In this document: positions 13,738-26,080 of the stretch, piece after piece
Layout: each line of letters begins with the position of its first letter
Numbering within the stretch: the stretch's first letter is position 1
Assembly (NCBI GenBank): GCA_013239625.1
Contig: MU054187.1
Span: 20,649,280 to 20,713,279 of the forward strand
Reading direction: 5' to 3'
Origin: Lama guanicoe
Lineage: Eukaryota
Length of the DNA stretch: 64,000 nt
Notes under the pieces: generated by a model
What the model was told of the DNA's origin: nothing
Databases searched by the model: none
What the model saw: the letters and a program-made list of their open reading frames with translations, nothing else
Position numbers and translations under genes: made by a program

Positions 13738-13935
13738 TACTAACTAATATACATAAAATAGATAAACAATAAATTTATGCTTTTTAGCACAGGGAACTAT
13801 ATTCAGCATCTTGTAGTAACTTATGGTGAAAAATAGTATGAAAACAAATATATGTATGTTCCTATATGACTGAAGCATTGTGCTGTGCACCAGAAATTGA
13901 CACAACATTGTAAACTGACCATATTCAATAAACAT
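13738..13935 (+). mobile_element. Short L1 3'-terminal fragment (same family as 16210-16405)
   Basis: near identity to the other L1 3' ends in this window (tagcacagggaactatattca...gaaattgacacaacattgtaaactgac). Confidence 0.85.
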
Positions 13936-15221
13936 TTTTTAAATGGATGGGAGAACTCTCCTTTAGAGGGGAAAGGAATTTCCAACATACTCACTGTTCA
14001 CTCATTCAACAACTGTTTATTAATAACATGCTTACAGTAAATCGGCTACTAGGTAAGTGCTGTAGATAGGCCAGAGGGACAGGGGTTGCCAGGAGATGAA
14101 GTTGGAAAGTGGAGCACGTGCAAGTTTCTCTGGGACATCCATGAATTATGTTCTACATTTATAATTTTCAGTGGTTTTATTTGGTTCACTCGCAAAAGTG
14201 CACTGGTGTAAATGATAAATTATGTGGTTGCCCTGCATCATAATCGGAAGTGTAGATCATTAGACATGAAATCAGAGGTCGGAATCTTTTTTAAGAAGGA
14301 ACAGAGTGATGCTTCATGTGTTAAAGGGCTTATTCTAAGCACCACACGGAGAACAGGTTAGAGGAAGAAAGAGCAGAAACAGGAAGAAGGGTTAGAAGGC
14401 TGTATAACAAATTTAAAGCTCTAAAAGAAGCAGAGGACTCCCTTGCTGCCTTGTGGGAGTTAACAGTCTGTTCACTGAAACACAACAAATCTTGATAAAA
14501 AAATAAATTTACATATGTTGAAATAGAAGTACTAGCATACATTTCTGCCACAATAAGAAGTCCGAGGAAAACGTGATGTTGTTAGAATCTCTCTGGTAGC
14601 TCATGCAGATATTTTCCATTGTGATTTATGACGTTGGTTGTTGCTCTCTGTTTGCGGGAACTGATCCATGTCAAGCTAATGCCTATTAATGTCTGATTGA
14701 TTGTGCTCATTACAGGTACTAACTAATCTGGAGTCAGCACCTCTTCATCCTAGAGGCTCTTTAATGGCTCTGAGACCCAAAGTCTTTTACTCTTTTACTG
14801 CTACAGTAGAATTTATCTCCGTTTGCATTGCTACCTCTTGGACCATCCAGAGCCCTTTCTCAAAACTCCTTCCAGACCCCCTCCTCGGTCACGCTCAATG
14901 GTCGACTACAGTGAGCTTGAGCCACTTTCCCTCTCTTCAGTGGCACAAAGTGTTCAATGAAGCTGCTTCAGCATCATTTTTCACCCTGTTGCACCCCTGG
15001 CCTTGCTCCTTCTCCTTATTTTTGCTTTCTGAGGGAGTCAAGACTGCTTTCAGTAGAGTCTCTCAGCTTAGGTCTGTGAAAAATTCTAAAGCCAGTATTG
15101 GACCAAAGCACACTTTTCCCCCTGCTCCAAGCTACCTACCTGGTCTGAAATGAAGCAAAGTGTGAGCACCGTGTACATGTTCTATATGTATATCGATCAT
15201 ATAATTTTGAGCAGCCAGTCT

Positions 15222-15418
15222 TAGCATATATATGGAATAGAAAATAAATGAGGTCCGACTATATATAGCACAGGGAACTATACCTTCTAATGGCCTAGAA
15301 TAAAAAAGAATATGAAAAGGAATATATATGCGTGTGTAGAACAGAATCACTATGCTGTACACCAGAAAGTAACACAGCATTGTAAATCGAATATTCTTCA
15401 ATTGAAAAAAGAAAATAA
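15222..15418 (+). mobile_element. L1 3'-terminal fragment
   Basis: tatagcacagggaactata...tatgctgtacaccagaaagtaacacagcattgtaaatc followed by an A-rich tail. Confidence 0.75.
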
Positions 15419-16410
15419 AGAACTAAACAAGCAAATCTCCAAGGAAGAAATACAAATGGCCAACAGGCACATGAAAAGATGTTCAATATCACCAGTTATC
15501 AGAGAAATGTAAATCACAACTACAGTGAGTTATTACCTCACACCAGTCAGAATGGCCATCATTCAAAAGTCCACAAATGAGAAATGCTGGAGAGGCTGTG
15601 GAGAAAGGGGAACCCTCCTACACTGCTGGTGGGAATGCAGTTTGGTGGAGCTGTTATGGAAAATGGTATGGTGATTCCTCAAAAGACTGAAAATAGACCT
15701 ACCACATGATCCTGCAATTCCACTCCTGGGCATATATCTGGAGGAAATTCTAATTCAAAAAGATACATGCACCCCAATGTTCATAGCAGCACTATTTACA
15801 ATAGCCAAGACATGGAAGCAACTTAAATGTCCATCAACAGATGACTGGATAAAGAAGTTGTGGTATATATGTATACACACACACACATACACACACAAAC
15901 ACACACAGAGACACACACATACATACATACACACACACAATGGACTACTACTCAGTCATTAAAAAGAATAAAATAATGCCATTTGCAAAAACATTGATGG
16001 GCCTGGAGATTGTCATACTAAGTGAAGTAAGCCAGAAAGAGAAAGAAAAACACCATATGATATCACTTACATGTGAAATCTAAAAAAAAAAAAGACAAAT
16101 GAACTTATTTACAAAGCAGAAACAGACTCACAGACATAGAAAACAAAGTTATGGTTACTGGGGCGGAAGGGGTAGGAAGGGATAAACTGGGAATTTGAGA
16201 TTTGCAGATACTAACTACTGTATGTAAAATAGATAAATAACAGGTTTCTACTGTATAGCACTGGGAACAAAATTTAATATCTTAAACTAACTTACGGTGA
16301 AAAATATGAAAACAAATATATGTATATTCATGTATGACTGAAGCATTGTGCTGTGCACCAGAAATTGACACAACATTGTAAACTGACTATACTTCAATAA
16401 AAAATAAAAT
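15419..16410 (+). mobile_element. 5'-truncated LINE-1 (ORF2 C-terminus and 3'UTR) abutting the tail of the previous fragment; internal (CA)n expansion
   Basis: [36 protein letters not shown] motifs; aataaa and A-tail at ~16396-16409. Confidence 0.92.
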
Positions 16411-16451
16411 GTATATCTTTAAAAATCCAACATAAGAATTTTCAAATCATT

Positions 16452-16957
16452 ACAAGTGGTCTCTGATTTCAGATGGTTCAACTTATGATTTTTTGACTTT
16501 ATGATCATGTGAAACTGATAAGCATTTAGTAGAAACTGTACTTTGAATTTTGGAGTTTGAGCTTTTGTTGGACTAGCAACATGGGGTAGGGTACTCAGGA
16601 TGCTGGGCAGCGGGAGTAAGCCCCAGCTTCACCAGCCACGAAATTAGGGGGATAAACAACTGATACACTTATAACCATTACTTATTACTTATAACTTATA
16701 ACCATTCTGTTTTTCACTTTCAGTGCAATATTCATTGTGTCCTGTACAGTATCCAACACTTAATTATAAAATTGGCTTTGTGTTAGATGATTTTGCCCAA
16801 CTCTGTAGGCTATAATCTGAACATGTTTAAGGCGGACTAGGCTAAGCTCTGATGTTCAGCAGGTTAGGTGTATTCGATGTATTTTGACTTACAATATTTT
16901 CAATTTGGGGTGGGTTTATTGGGACGTAAACCTATCATAAGTCGAGGAAGGTCTGTA
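16452..16957 (-). mobile_element. TcMar-Tigger derivative, MER47/Tigger5-like
   Basis: ends ...gggtttattgggacgtaaacctatcataagtcgaggaaggtctg|ta; degenerate TIR at the other end; TA flanks. Confidence 0.8.
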
Positions 16958-17852
16958 GTGAAAATCATAAGAAATAATGGAACAGAACCCATAGACCAGA
17001 AAATATCTGCAGAAGGAGATGCTGGCAGTGAAATCTAGTTCAATAGGTTTCTTGCTTAATGATTAATCATCTCCTTACTTATCTTTCCCAACAGATGGCT
17101 GTCTTCTTTAGGATGAAATTCTAGATACCAAAAATTACCTACCACAGAATTTGGAATATAGTAGGATCTTGATACATATGGATTAAATGAAAGACAGGAA
17201 AGAAAGCAAAAGGAAAAGCCAGTCACTCTTCATAGTATATTTTCCTGTGCTCTGATAACCTCCATCCTGTAAATTTCCATATTGTAAACCACGTTATAAT
17301 GCAGAGTTACCACTAGGCTGTAATGAGGGACAGGGACCATGTCTGTTTTAGTCACAGTTGTATCTTCTCCTAACACAAGACATGTATGCACCCAGTGAAT
17401 ACTTCATAAATCAAACAGTCCAATATAGGTTAGTATGGAAGGCCATATGTAAACATTAATTCTCATGAAAAATCAATCAGAGGAGAAGAAAGATGTCTAG
17501 CTAGAGTCACTTTATTTCCACTGACTGAACTGTTAAGGTGTAGCTGAATTTACCAAGGACGATTTTAAGCATATAGACTAGAATCATTGCATTTTGTTCA
17601 TTTAACAAAATGTTTTACTGAAAAATTTTTAACAGAAGACTTGAGTTCTATTCCATTCGGTCTGATTGAAAAATCATATTGAAGTATAGCTTTACAGAAC
17701 AATAGGAGCGATGGGCACAGTTTATAGTTTTAACATTTTAATAAATTCTAAACATGGAAGCTATTTATAGCCTGCCTATCCCCATTAAAGTACTTTACTC
17801 TTTAAATATGATTTTGGAAACTGATTAGTCTTTATTGTTTTTCAAATATAAA

Positions 17853-17888
17853 ACACACACACACACACACACACATACACACACACAC
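17853..17888. repeat. (CA)n microsatellite
   Basis: seen directly. Confidence 0.95.
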
Positions 17889-20029
17889 TCAATCTACTAC
17901 TAATGTATTTATTTGAGAAGTTTTTCTTAAACTGTTTCTAAATACCTATTTTAATACTGGGTTTAGCTTACCTTCAGGAAAATATTTCTTTCAATTTAGA
18001 CATTTGCACAATGCATAGGCTTCAAGAATAGATGCATTTGTGTACAATACTGTGACTTATAAAAATATCAATAAAAATTTAGAGAATCAATGTGTTCTTT
18101 CATTAAATGATCAACGATGCAAGTATAGATAATGGCAAATGCATGCAAAGAATAATAAACAAAAATCTTTAGAACACTTATTTTTTTTAAAACCTTTTCC
18201 GTTCTAGATTTGACAGCATCTGGTAATTTCATTGCTCTTTTGTGAAGTTTCTCCAGAGACTCATATATTACATATTAGTTAATATAACATGAAGAATGAC
18301 AGCTTCCCATATATCGTAACAGCTCTCGCGCTTTCCTGGGTCAGCCAAGGTGAGTCTTTTCTCATCCATCATATGCTTCATGAATCTAGGACACAGTTAC
18401 TTCGCTGCACTTCTGGTGTTCTCTCTTGTCCTGTGGCCACATATCTCACAATTAATGGGAAGAATATTATCAGCTTAAGTGAAATTTTAGAATTTCTGGT
18501 CTGGTACACCATCCCAGGAGAATAGAAAGCATGTCATATTATACAGATAACTTTGTAATTATTTCAATTTACCATAGCACAATCTTTACAGCATGTAGCA
18601 ATTACTGAGCATGACCACAAAATAATGTCCTCTTTTCCCACAGATCATCCAGCGTAAATCAGACGAGAGCCTAGAGTTATCATAACTTAGTGTATAAATT
18701 CAATAAAGTCTGGTATCAAATTTCCATAAAATGACATGGTATACTACAATATTTTGTCTATTCTAAAAGCTTTCCAAAACAAGGTCAATCTTCAGGGATT
18801 TTTGCACATTTCTTTTTAGTGCATAACCTGCTTATTATAAAAGAGTAAAAGTCACCTGGTTCAGTAGGATCATTTAGATTTTACATCCCAAGATAAAATA
18901 TGCCAGAGATCCATAAATTTTTCACACCTAAGAAATTTGTTTTTCTAATTAGAGATGCTGAATGTTTCACTGAAATTTGACTTTTGAGCAAAAAAGAAAA
19001 AAAAAGAAGAAACATTGCTAAGCACGAGCAAGATGATTGTGGAAATCTTTTCAGAAAATATAACCAAAATCCCTTTTTATTGGACTTATCTTTACTGAAC
19101 TGGAGAAAGAAAACATTGTAGGTGATTCTGTGAAGGGTAACCATGCCTTATCAGCAAAGGAGAGCTGAGAGAGGCAGGCAGATCCAATTCTTAAAGTCAA
19201 GTCTGATTTTCTGACCTTCAAGTGGGAAAGCTGACTTGGCTATAATTACAAACAAAAGTCCTCCACATTAGCAAAAGGAAGACATATCTACACTGTAGGG
19301 AGGACCATTATGTGTGCTTCAGGCATCTTGCCCTCCCACATTTCCTCAAAATGTCAGTCACCTGGAAGAAGAATAAAAGTTTGTGGAGCTTCTAACATCT
19401 GCTGCATAGAGACGAAAGCTCGCCAGGGAGGCAAAGAAACACTTTAACTCCTATGAATTTGTGTAGACTGGTTGGAAGACTATTGAAAATGCTTGGATGC
19501 AGGTCCTGATTCTTCCAGTAGCCAAATATGAAAGCTTAAGCAAATGACTCATCATATAATGTGAGGTTCAAAATAACCACCTCTTTGTGATGCAGCCTGA
19601 ATGCAGGGATGCATAAAATGTGTTTGCATGTTAGTAGATGTCCAGTTTTAACGTTGCCTTCCTGGTTTCTACTTCATCATGTTAGGTATTTCTCTCACAG
19701 TGGAAATGAGAGAAATCAGAAGATCAAGTTCTGATTTTATTTGACAACATTTATTAGGTACTCACCATGACAAGGTCCAAGTCCACACTAAACTCTGAAG
19801 ATAGAAAAAGGTGGGAAGAATTATACTAAAATAGAATATCATCTCTGAAATCTACTGAAATACCACACTCAAGGTAAATTTCATATGATACATTTATGAT
19901 TGCTGGCCCTTCTCAATGTGATAGCATATTAGTGTCCCTCTACTTTGTGTGCTCATGAATTCTGACTAATCATACTTCAGTTCCACTAAAGATGTGTCTT
20001 CCTTACATGCGCCAGTCTATAATTATAAG

Positions 20030-20235
20030 TACAAGGATTCTGGAGTCAGGACTGACCTTAAATGCTGATGACCACAGGCAATTTAAACTACCTAAGCCTG
20101 TTTGTGCTTCTGTAAATTGGGGAGTATTTATACCATTTTTGGTATTAATTGAGATAATATATACAAAGTTTTAAGAAAAGTGTGAAGATATATTAAGTGC
20201 TCAATAAATATTGACTACTCTTATTATTATTATTA
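20030..20235. mobile_element. MIR SINE remnant
   Basis: ctggagtcag...ggcaatttaaactacctaagcctg...ctgtaaattggg...aagtgctcaataaatatt resembles the MIR core and tail. Confidence 0.6.
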
Positions 20236-23007
20236 CTGTTGTTTTTATAAGAACATAATAAAAAAACAGAATGAACAAATTTTTGCAAGGATAATCTCCA
20301 GGGAAGTTTCTCAATTTATAAGCTACATTTACTTTTCTCAAGAACTAGAATAAAAATTCTCAGAATTTGCCCAATATACCATTGCATTACTTTTGGGGGG
20401 GGGTAAGGGGAGCACTGCAGGAGAAAACCACAAGGAGAATTCTTTATAAACAGTTCTTCCCTAGAAATTATTCCAGTAGTATTAACAGAATTACATAAAA
20501 GTAATACCTACCCAACTAATGAAATGTTTACATAATAGAAAGACAGAAATAAAAAGGAAGTAAAAACTTTCTCAATGTGATAGCTGTAACAAAAATCCCC
20601 CTTTTTAAATAAGCAGTAATATTTTACAGAGTAATATCCATTTTTATAACCAGCAAAACCCATGAGACTTGACTTCAGAAGAAAGGCAAAGAGTAACATT
20701 AGAAAGTATTGATTAGTGGAAATTTCAGGTTACTTTGCCACTTGGAAAGATGCTTGGTAATGGTAATTAAATGTTTATATTTTGTTATTATTGAATACAG
20801 CTTCATGATATAAATTGTGTTCACAACACTCCTATGATAAAAGTCAAGTTACGGAAAATCACGTTGCTCAACACAACACAGCTTGTAACTGGTGGAACTA
20901 CGCTTGAACTCAAGCCTTCTAGTAAATATTCCATTTTTTTCCTGTTACTGCTCCCTGCCTGCCGCATTTCCCATCCCAGGAAAATCAGGTGTAGGATCAG
21001 AGTACAGTTTTTTGTCTCCTGTTCCATTAACTCTATCCTGAAGACACCTTACTATTTCAAACACTGTACACATTTTTCTTGAATTAATATATAGGTGATT
21101 GTCTGCAGAGTTAAAGGGAGTTTAAAGAAGTAAAAGTGGATGGCAAGCAGCTTAAATATATTTACTGTATTTTAAAACAACTGTGTCTGCTAGAATCAAA
21201 ATGCATGCTTCCTTTCATTGGCAGGTTAATTCAACAATTTAGGATAAGGGTGAAAAACTTTTTCAACTCCGAATACACAGGAACATTGGTTGTCTGGTTT
21301 CATTAATCTGGTTGTGTAACATTTGCCCTCTGGATACACTGCAAAATGGGGTATTTCTCCCAGAAATTTTTCAGAGATTCCAAACGTGACAGAATTATTC
21401 CTGATTTTCTGTGATTAAAAGAGCTTACACATTTAACTAAGAAGACTTCTTATCTGTGTTTTATCCTGGCCAATTCAAACTCGGTTGCTCGAGCCAACAA
21501 AGCCCTCTGTAGCTGAATTGTGGATGAGGTTCCTAGTTTCGCAGACATCCCTGGGGCCTAGGGGATGATACAGCCAAACTCTTACTGGCCTACCTCTCTC
21601 CGGCTCTAATGTGTGCTGCCCACACATTGAGAGACAGTTTCCGGCACCACTAATTGTATTTTATCTCCAAAAAATATTCTTTTGGAATATTCAACATAGC
21701 TGGAAGCAAGATGTAATGTCACCATGTCAGAAAAGTCATAATAAGGTCTGTTCTAAAGTGTACACCATGTCAGGACTAAAGTTAGAGAGACAAGAAGTTC
21801 GGGAATGTTCTTAATAATAGAGCGCTGTCCCTCTTCAGCTCTGCGATGAGCATTCGCTTTTCCCAGGCAGAAAGGAAACATGAGCTGTGCCCGTGCTCAA
21901 CTTTTCATAACACCCCTCACCCCGGGCCCCACGTTCCTGTGTGTACGTAGCAAACACCATTGTTTTCATGGTACACCGTCTCCCAGTTACCTCAGCTCTT
22001 ATTATTCAATGTGTGGTTACCTAATTTTTTTTTTTTCTGTTGCTTTCTGGGCCGTTTTACACATCAAGGAGTAGAATCAAAGACTAACAAATCTGTGGGT
22101 TGTTTTTTTTTTTTTTTCCACCCTCTTGAGAGTAACATTAAAAGGACCAATAGATGAGAAGACTGGAACTCTCGGCGGAGGAAGATTGTCTGGTGACCTG
22201 TGTTACTGGTTTTCCAAGACTGAAGAGTCCCTTTGTGCTCAGAGGAACAGAACCTTGGTTCACGTAACTAAGGATGCAGAAAGTAAAACCTTCCTGCTCT
22301 CATGCTTACAATGGAAGAAAATTAAATTTAAATTAGCTGCATCTTGGACTATATGCAATGATGCCTCATTACAGAAATATAAAGTATTCATATTTGGGTC
22401 TTTTGTATAGAATTAATTATAGCATTTAGTCACCTCTTGTCTATTTTTAAACTTTAAAAATTGGACACTGAATTTAAGAGAGTAAGATTAGGTGATAATA
22501 ACCTGATGAGAATGCAAGATCATAACTGAACTAAAAAATATAATCTGAATTTCCACCTGCCAAAAACTATAGAATCTATCTGTATATCCCACAGATATTT
22601 AATTTCAAAAAACAAAAAGTGCTCCCTCCTGATGAACCTTGTCTTTTTGTAGTGTCCAATTCAAATGACAGCACCCTTGTCCATCCTAACATCCAACCTA
22701 GAAGCATGAAACCATTCTTTGTTCTTCTCTCTACCTTATTTTTCATATTTGGTCACTGAGCAATCCTGATGAATTTACAAAGAATTCGACAGAAATTAAA
22801 GCCAGTCTCCCATCCCTCTTTGCATTAACTCCCAGTGTCACCACTCATCAACTTAACTGACATCATTGCTTTAATTCTGCTCCCTTCAAATCATTTTTTC
22901 ATACATTTCCAAGATGTCTGTGTAAAAAAATGTGACTCTAATTAGTCATCCTCCCTCATATAATGCTTACAAGACTGCTCATTGCCTAAAGGTAAACTAT
23001 ATTCTTA

Positions 23008-23144
23008 TCTCTTTTTTTTTTTTGGTGGGGAGGGGAGGTAATTAGGTTTATCTATTTATTACTAGAGGAAATACTGGGGATTGAACCCAGGACCTCATGC
23101 ATGCTAACCATGTGCTTTACTACTTGAGCTGTACCCTCCCCCCT
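23008..23144 (-). mobile_element. tRNA-derived SINE (vic-1-like)
   Basis: antisense A and B boxes (ggggattgaacccaggacctcatgc...tacttgagctgtaccctcc); 19-bp TSD aagg(t/c)aaactatattctta at 22989-23007 and 23145-23163. Confidence 0.92.
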
Positions 23145-23387
23145 AAGGCAAACTATATTCTTAAGGTCCACATGTTAGTGCACCTAACGCGAATCTCCTG
23201 TCTAGACTTAAAACTCACTGTGTATCTTTGTGCAAGTCATGCTCTGCATAAAAGGCTACTTCATTCAAGGTTCAGACAACACTTTCTTGGTTGCAAACCA
23301 TTACGGAAATAAAGGTAAAATGCAACAGCAGATTTAGAGAAAGCTACAGTGGTGGATAATGGATGATGTTAAAACAGAACGTTAAAG

Positions 23388-24027
23388 GTTATCTTTGTCC
23401 AAGCAGGCTAACAAAACTATACAGACCAGGTAGCTTATAAACAACACAAATGTATTGCTTACAGTTCTGATGATGGAAAGTCCCTAATCAGAGTGCCAGC
23501 TTTATCAGATTCTCTCCTGATTGCTAACTTCTCACTGCATCCTTATATGGCTGAAGGGGTGAGGGGGCTTCCTGGGACCTCTTTTACAAGAACACTAACT
23601 TCATTCTTTTTTTTTTTCCAATTTTTTAATTGAAACATAGTCAGTTTATAATGTTGTGTCAATTTCTGATGTACAGCATAATAGTTCACTCATGCATATA
23701 CATACATATATTCCTTTTCATATTCTTTTTCATTATGGGTTAATACAAGATATTGAATACAGCACCCTGTACTATAGAGTAGAAACTTGTTGTTTCTTTT
23801 ATATACAGTCATTAGTATCTGCAAATCTTGAGCTCCCAATTTATCCCTTCCCATCTCCTTTCCCCTCTGATACCCATAAGTTTGTTCTCTATGTCCATGA
23901 GTCTGTTTCTGTTTTGTACTCTTAAGGCTCTACCCTCATGACATCACCTCCCAAAGAACCCATCTCCCAGTACCAGCACAACTCGGGGTTAGGACTTCAA
24001 TATATGAATTTGGGGAGGATGTAAAAA
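23388..24027 (-). mobile_element. MLT1A-like LTR, split by an L1 insertion and truncated at ~24027
   Basis: tagcttataaacaacacaaatgtattgcttacagttctga...cactaacttcattc | ...ggctctaccctcatgacatcacctcccaaag...tatgaatttggggag are collinear pieces of an antisense MLT1A. Confidence 0.8.
23607..23918 (-). mobile_element. L1 3'-end fragment nested in the MLT1A LTR
   Basis: poly-T then aattgaaacatagtcagtttataatg...catgagtctgtttctgttttgta is the reverse complement of the L1 3'UTR at 16110-16400. Confidence 0.88.
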
Positions 24028-24397
24028 GGGTCTGGACAAAAGGCATTACAAAAAGTTTGAAATCAAGAAAACACACATTGATTTCCCGCCAAGACAGTGA
24101 ATTGAAATGGTGCCATCTCCCGCCACAAAATTAACCCTAGAAAAACTGTTGAAAAAGAGTGGACGTGGATATGAAGAGAGAATAAAACACTGTGAGGAAA
24201 TCTAAGAAGATTCACTTGAAATGGTGTTAGATGAATGAATCTCTTTGGAAGGAGAGGCTGGGGGAAGCAAGGGGTAGATGGGAAAAGAGGTGATTTTAGT
24301 TTGCTGGGCTTTTCCCTTTCATTGTTGTGAGATAAACATTAATCTTCTCTTTACAAAAAAAATATTGCTTTCCCTCAAGAATTGCTTTTCTTCTGTA

Positions 24398-26080
24398 TAC
24401 GGTTCATACACTGACTTTTCCAATACTGTCAAGGGTTAGGAATTTGAAAGATTTTTGAAACCATAAACTTTAGACTGACACATTTCAGTATATTTTTACT
24501 GTGTATGGATATAAACACAAAAAGAAAGAGGTAAGAAAAAATTACCACTAGACAATAATGGAGAAAATGACATTCTAGTTACAACGCTCTCTTCTGACAA
24601 CCTCTGCTCCTCCCCGCCGACAATGACCAGGTAACTGGCCCATCCAGGATGTCAGTTGCTGCTTGAGTTCCAAGTGGAATGTTGGGGTGTCCCCTGGGGC
24701 TTGTTGTGGCTGGTGGATCCACAGTAACTGGGCAGAGCCCTGGGTGGATCAGTGCCATGGAGGGGCTGCCGTCCTCCGTGGAGCTTGGCTTTGGGCTGAT
24801 CCTTAGGAAGCTGGGTGCGGTCCTGGCTTTGCTGCTGCCCAGTGGCCTGTGTCCTCAGTCCATGTTCCAGAGCCTCCACTGGGAGGCAGTGTTGAGTCTG
24901 CCTGTTCTTACCTTGTTGGTGGTTGTGTTATTTACTTTCAGGCTTATTCAGTCTGTTAGAAGTCAACTTAATGGAAGACATGAAACGCAACTGGCAAAAA
25001 CACTGGCTGCACGGATTGTGGAGAAACGCCACCTCATCGACAAGCTTTGTGTGGCTAAACAGGAGTGTGCCAGGATGGAGACGACTGTAAAGAACGCCAG
25101 GCTAGAGAGAAGGAGCCAGTAAACACACCCAGCCTCGCTGACACTTACAGAGAGTTGATGATGGTCAACCTGAGTTCGAGGAATAAAATCAATTTTCTCA
25201 TCCAAGAACTGAAGAAAGATCGCTGCAGTCTATACAAGAAGAGATGACAGAGATGCTAAAAGTGCTCAAGTTCCTGGAAAAGGTCATGAGAATCAGCACA
25301 TCACAAGGGGCTTTTACAAACCAGCCAGGGGACCAAGCACCAAGTCCTGAGGGTCCCTTTCCCAGGAGTGGGCCCTCGTGTTAAACCCGTGCTATTCCCT
25401 CCCCTCCACTCAGGCCTCCCAGGCCGCCAGGCTGCATGCACTCACTCGGTTAGATCTCCACCTGAGCTGCACTGAGGCCAGTGGATGGAGGGCAGCCCCC
25501 TCCTTTGGATGAGAGTTCCTCCAACTTTACACGTGAGCACAGCAGTGAACTCCTTCATGGTCAGCATCTCTCATCTAAAATATATTGGAATTCCCAGAAC
25601 ACACCACGAAGCATGGACTTTTTCTATACTCAGCAGATGTTTGGATTATCTCTTATTAGTTGTGAAAGAAATGTTGTAATTGAGACTGACCTACTTAGTT
25701 TGAATCTATATTAAGCCTCATTTCTCAAGACAGTTTTGTAACTATTATATATCAGCAATGTAAATGGAGTGTATATATAGTTATTCTGTGTACAAGTATT
25801 GCATTATAATTTGAAAATGTATGCAATTTGTCAATATAAACTTTTAGATGGCCATAGCATTTATTTTTAGAGTTTAATTCTGAAGTCAAAAGTTGAAGTC
25901 AAAGAGCCTTTTTTTACCTGAGTATGTATAGTTTTTTAAAAAAAGATGAACTTTTTAAAGATGAAGTTAAATTGTACTCTTAGAAGAAATTTATCATTTA
26001 ATTTTTATATTCTGCTATAACAATATCCATAATACATAAATTTGATAAATTAAAAAGAAGAATTTCATTTTCCTCTTTAA
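24398..26080 (+). pseudogene. Processed retrocopy insertion (~1.68 kb) carrying a cTAGE-like reading frame
   Basis: 21-bp TSD aagaattgctttt(c/g)ttctgta at 24377-24397 and 26081-26101; intronless; ATTAAA at ~26049 about 25 nt before the 3' junction; poly-A tail almost absent. Confidence 0.85.
24757..25384 (+). pseudogene. Diverged, shortened cTAGE5/MIA2-family reading frame (transmembrane segment plus first coiled coil), frameshifted at ~25108 and ~25233
   Basis: Kozak gccATGG; MEGLPSSVELGFGLILRKLGAVLA...LHWEAVLSLPVLTLLVVVLFTFRLIQSVRSQL...LAKTLAARIVEKRHLIDKL...KNARLE / KEPVNTPSLADTYREL...INFLIQELKKD / QEEMTEMLKVLKFLE parallels the recalled cTAGE5 N-terminus (MEEPG...LGLLLEEL...FPWELVI...RSVRSRL...IEEKSKLLEKF...FEKE...SLEATCEKL...ELKEEK). 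Confidence 0.85.

Noticed and set aside
24679..24756. Upstream start of the 147-aa ORF in the track
   Set aside because: It starts at a non-ATG codon; cTAGE similarity and a strong Kozak context begin at ATG 24757
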